Below, in pieces: positions 62,009 to 64,000 of a DNA stretch of 64,000 nt; the stretch's first letter is position 1; every line of letters begins with the position of its first letter. Origin of the DNA: Adineta vaga (taxonomy: Eukaryota > Animalia > Rotifera); NCBI GenBank assembly GCA_021613535.1, contig CP075495.1, positions 2,108,001 through 2,172,000 on the forward strand, read 5' to 3'. Below the pieces are notes generated by a model. That model saw nothing but the letters and a program-made list of their open reading frames with translations, was not told the origin of the DNA and did not search any database. The position numbers and the translations under genes were made by a program.

Positions 62009-63384
62009 ATTGTTAGCTAGCGAATGCACATAAATGAAACAAATTGCATTGTAACCTATTCTTTTTTTTTCTTCTTATCTCAATAATGTTTAAGCATGTT
62101 TTTTATGAATAGAGGTGATGTTGTTGTTTTTAATATTATTATCTGTTTCTCTTTCTCGTTCGACCAACGCACCATTGTTTAGGTAGACGTATATATTATA
62201 GGAACAAATATTCAGTACATTCTCAAGTAGATTTTGATGCTGAATGTAATAACATTTGTTTCGTCATTGATTTGATAATACTCATTGTATATAAGGAACT
62301 CTTGAGTATATTTGATCATCTGACTTTACCATACTTTCTTATCAACCAACAAACTTTTAGATATAGATTGATGATAAAACAGAAGTTTCTATTCATAGTG
62401 CAACTCAATATGAATGATGTTCATTTCTTTCTGTAGGCAGTAAGTTAATTAGTTTTTATGTTGTGTCTGTTACCTGAAGAGCTATTTTTGATGAAGGAAG
62501 TCGCTTTGTCATTAATTCTCAATTCATAAGTTGAAAAAGTCAATTATTTATTTATTACATGTCAGAGAAGAATTCTTTTGTGTCAATGTCATAGAAGATT
62601 TTCGCCCGCATCTTTTTTCTTTATTACCACCATCTAGCTAAACTCACGGAACTCTGGAATGTACGTGACAACCTTTTCATAAATAATTCATTTTCATAGA
62701 ATATCAACTAAGTATAATCAAAATGACGTGATACAATATAAAAACAGTATATCAACTATTCCATTTTTCCTAACAGAGGAAATTTTCTTCTTTATCATCA
62801 CAAGAGCCTGACGAGAATTTTTAATGACAAGATTAACTACTTAATAATGCATCTTATTGTGGCCCTTTTGTTTTGCACATAGTGAGTGTGAAATAGAACA
62901 GTAGTGCGCATGATTTATAAACCTACAAAGTCTTTAAACTATTTATAGATCCTTTCGATTTAGTTGAACAAAGTAAAGAATGTCTATTGATTGAATTATA
63001 TTCATTTTCACATTCTTCTATCTGTAGCAGTCTAAGTATGAGACGATTTCATTAGAAAAAAACGAAGGTTATGATGTTCTCTGTGATTATCACGATAAAT
63101 AGATGAAAAGAAAAGAGTGTATTTAATGAAGTTTTTTACTAAAAGTACACTTTATAATGATGAAAACGTGCATTTCCGTGCTATTAATTTAGAAAGAAGA
63201 CTTACGGAATCCTATATTTCTAACTATCTTTCTGTTTCTTATCGTTCTTTTTTTTTACCACTAATAGAAAAACCAAACAAATAGGCACACATTTTTAACA
63301 TCAGAGTTTTTTTCTTTTCTATTTCATAGTTTATCAAAGACAAGTTCGTTTATTTTATAATAAAAAAAGAAGAATCTTTTGAGT

Positions 63385-64000
63385 TTATACAGCCATTTGC
63401 ATTTTAATTGGTCCATATGGTAAATAATTATCCAATTTGAAATCATCAACTTTAAAATCATCGATTGAAGTCCGTTTATTAACAATTGTTAATGTTGGAA
63501 ATGTTCGTGGTTCACGTTCAATTTGTTCAAGTAAAGGTTCAATATGATTAAGGTAAACATGTGCATCACCCATAGAATAAATAAAATCACCTGGTGTTAA
63601 ATTACATACATGTGCAATCATATAAGTAAGTAAAGAATACGATGCAATATTGAATGGTACACCAAGACCTAAATCACATGAACGTTGAAACATCAAACAA
63701 GATAATTCATTCGATGATGAAACATTAAATTGACATAGAACATGACATGGTGGAAGTGCCATTTCAGATAATTGATTAACATTCCATGCACAAAGAAGTA
63801 GACGACGAGAATTTGGATCAGTTTTAATCATACGTATTAATTCAGCAAGTTGATCAATACCTTGACTTGTATAATCCGTTTTACAATCGATATATTTTGC
63901 TCCACAATGACGCCATTGAAACCCTATAATAGAAGAATTATGATGGTTTTTGAAAATTTTCTATATTTTATTTCAAGAACATTCTTTCAAAGTAGGACTT
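63385..64000 (-). CDS. TYMS: Thymidylate synthase, 3' part (5' end lies outside the window)
   Basis: [51 protein letters not shown]. Confidence 0.95.

Noticed and set aside
62100-63300. Possible decayed gene or TE between the AKR and TYMS
   Set aside because: No sustained reading frame or repeat structure recognised
63385-64000. Possible bifunctional DHFR-TS
   Set aside because: The 5' part lies outside the window, so this cannot be judged

Overview
AT-rich, gene-dense eukaryotic DNA with many short (~50-70 bp) GT-AG introns and a mix of metazoan and bacterial/plant/fungal-type genes. This pattern fits a bdelloid rotifer (inference, not proven). I recognise about 23 intact genes: the CNNM 3' end, YihY/BrkB, a neuropeptide precursor, a class A GPCR, TTLL12, a FUN14-domain gene, R3HCC1, CUEDC1, UNC79, a CRYL1-C11orf54 fusion, INSM1, two EGF-TM2 genes, a CNG channel beta subunit, SAP30BP, a C-factor-like SDR, a MANSC-like membrane protein, TMEM26, GH125, an OGFOD2/ICU11-like dioxygenase, IFT70/TTC30, SLC37A3, a potato-inhibitor-I-like gene, a Kv-beta-type AKR and the TYMS 3' end. 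There is also a Cys-rich GPI mucin with a frameshift and two pseudogenes. Top observations: (1) one 639-aa protein fuses L-gulonate 3-dehydrogenase (CRYL1) to the Zn-His3 DUF1907/C11orf54 domain, plausibly two consecutive steps of the glucuronate-xylulose pathway, with the junction inside a single exon; (2) a pedal-peptide/orcokinin-like precursor missed by the ORF track, with each of its 8 peptides on its own phase-0 exon; (3) co-oriented genes 80-220 bp apart with splice-acceptor-like AGs just before the ATG, a possible sign of SL trans-spliced operons; (4) several candidate domesticated horizontal transfers. All family calls are from manual motif recognition; no searches were run.
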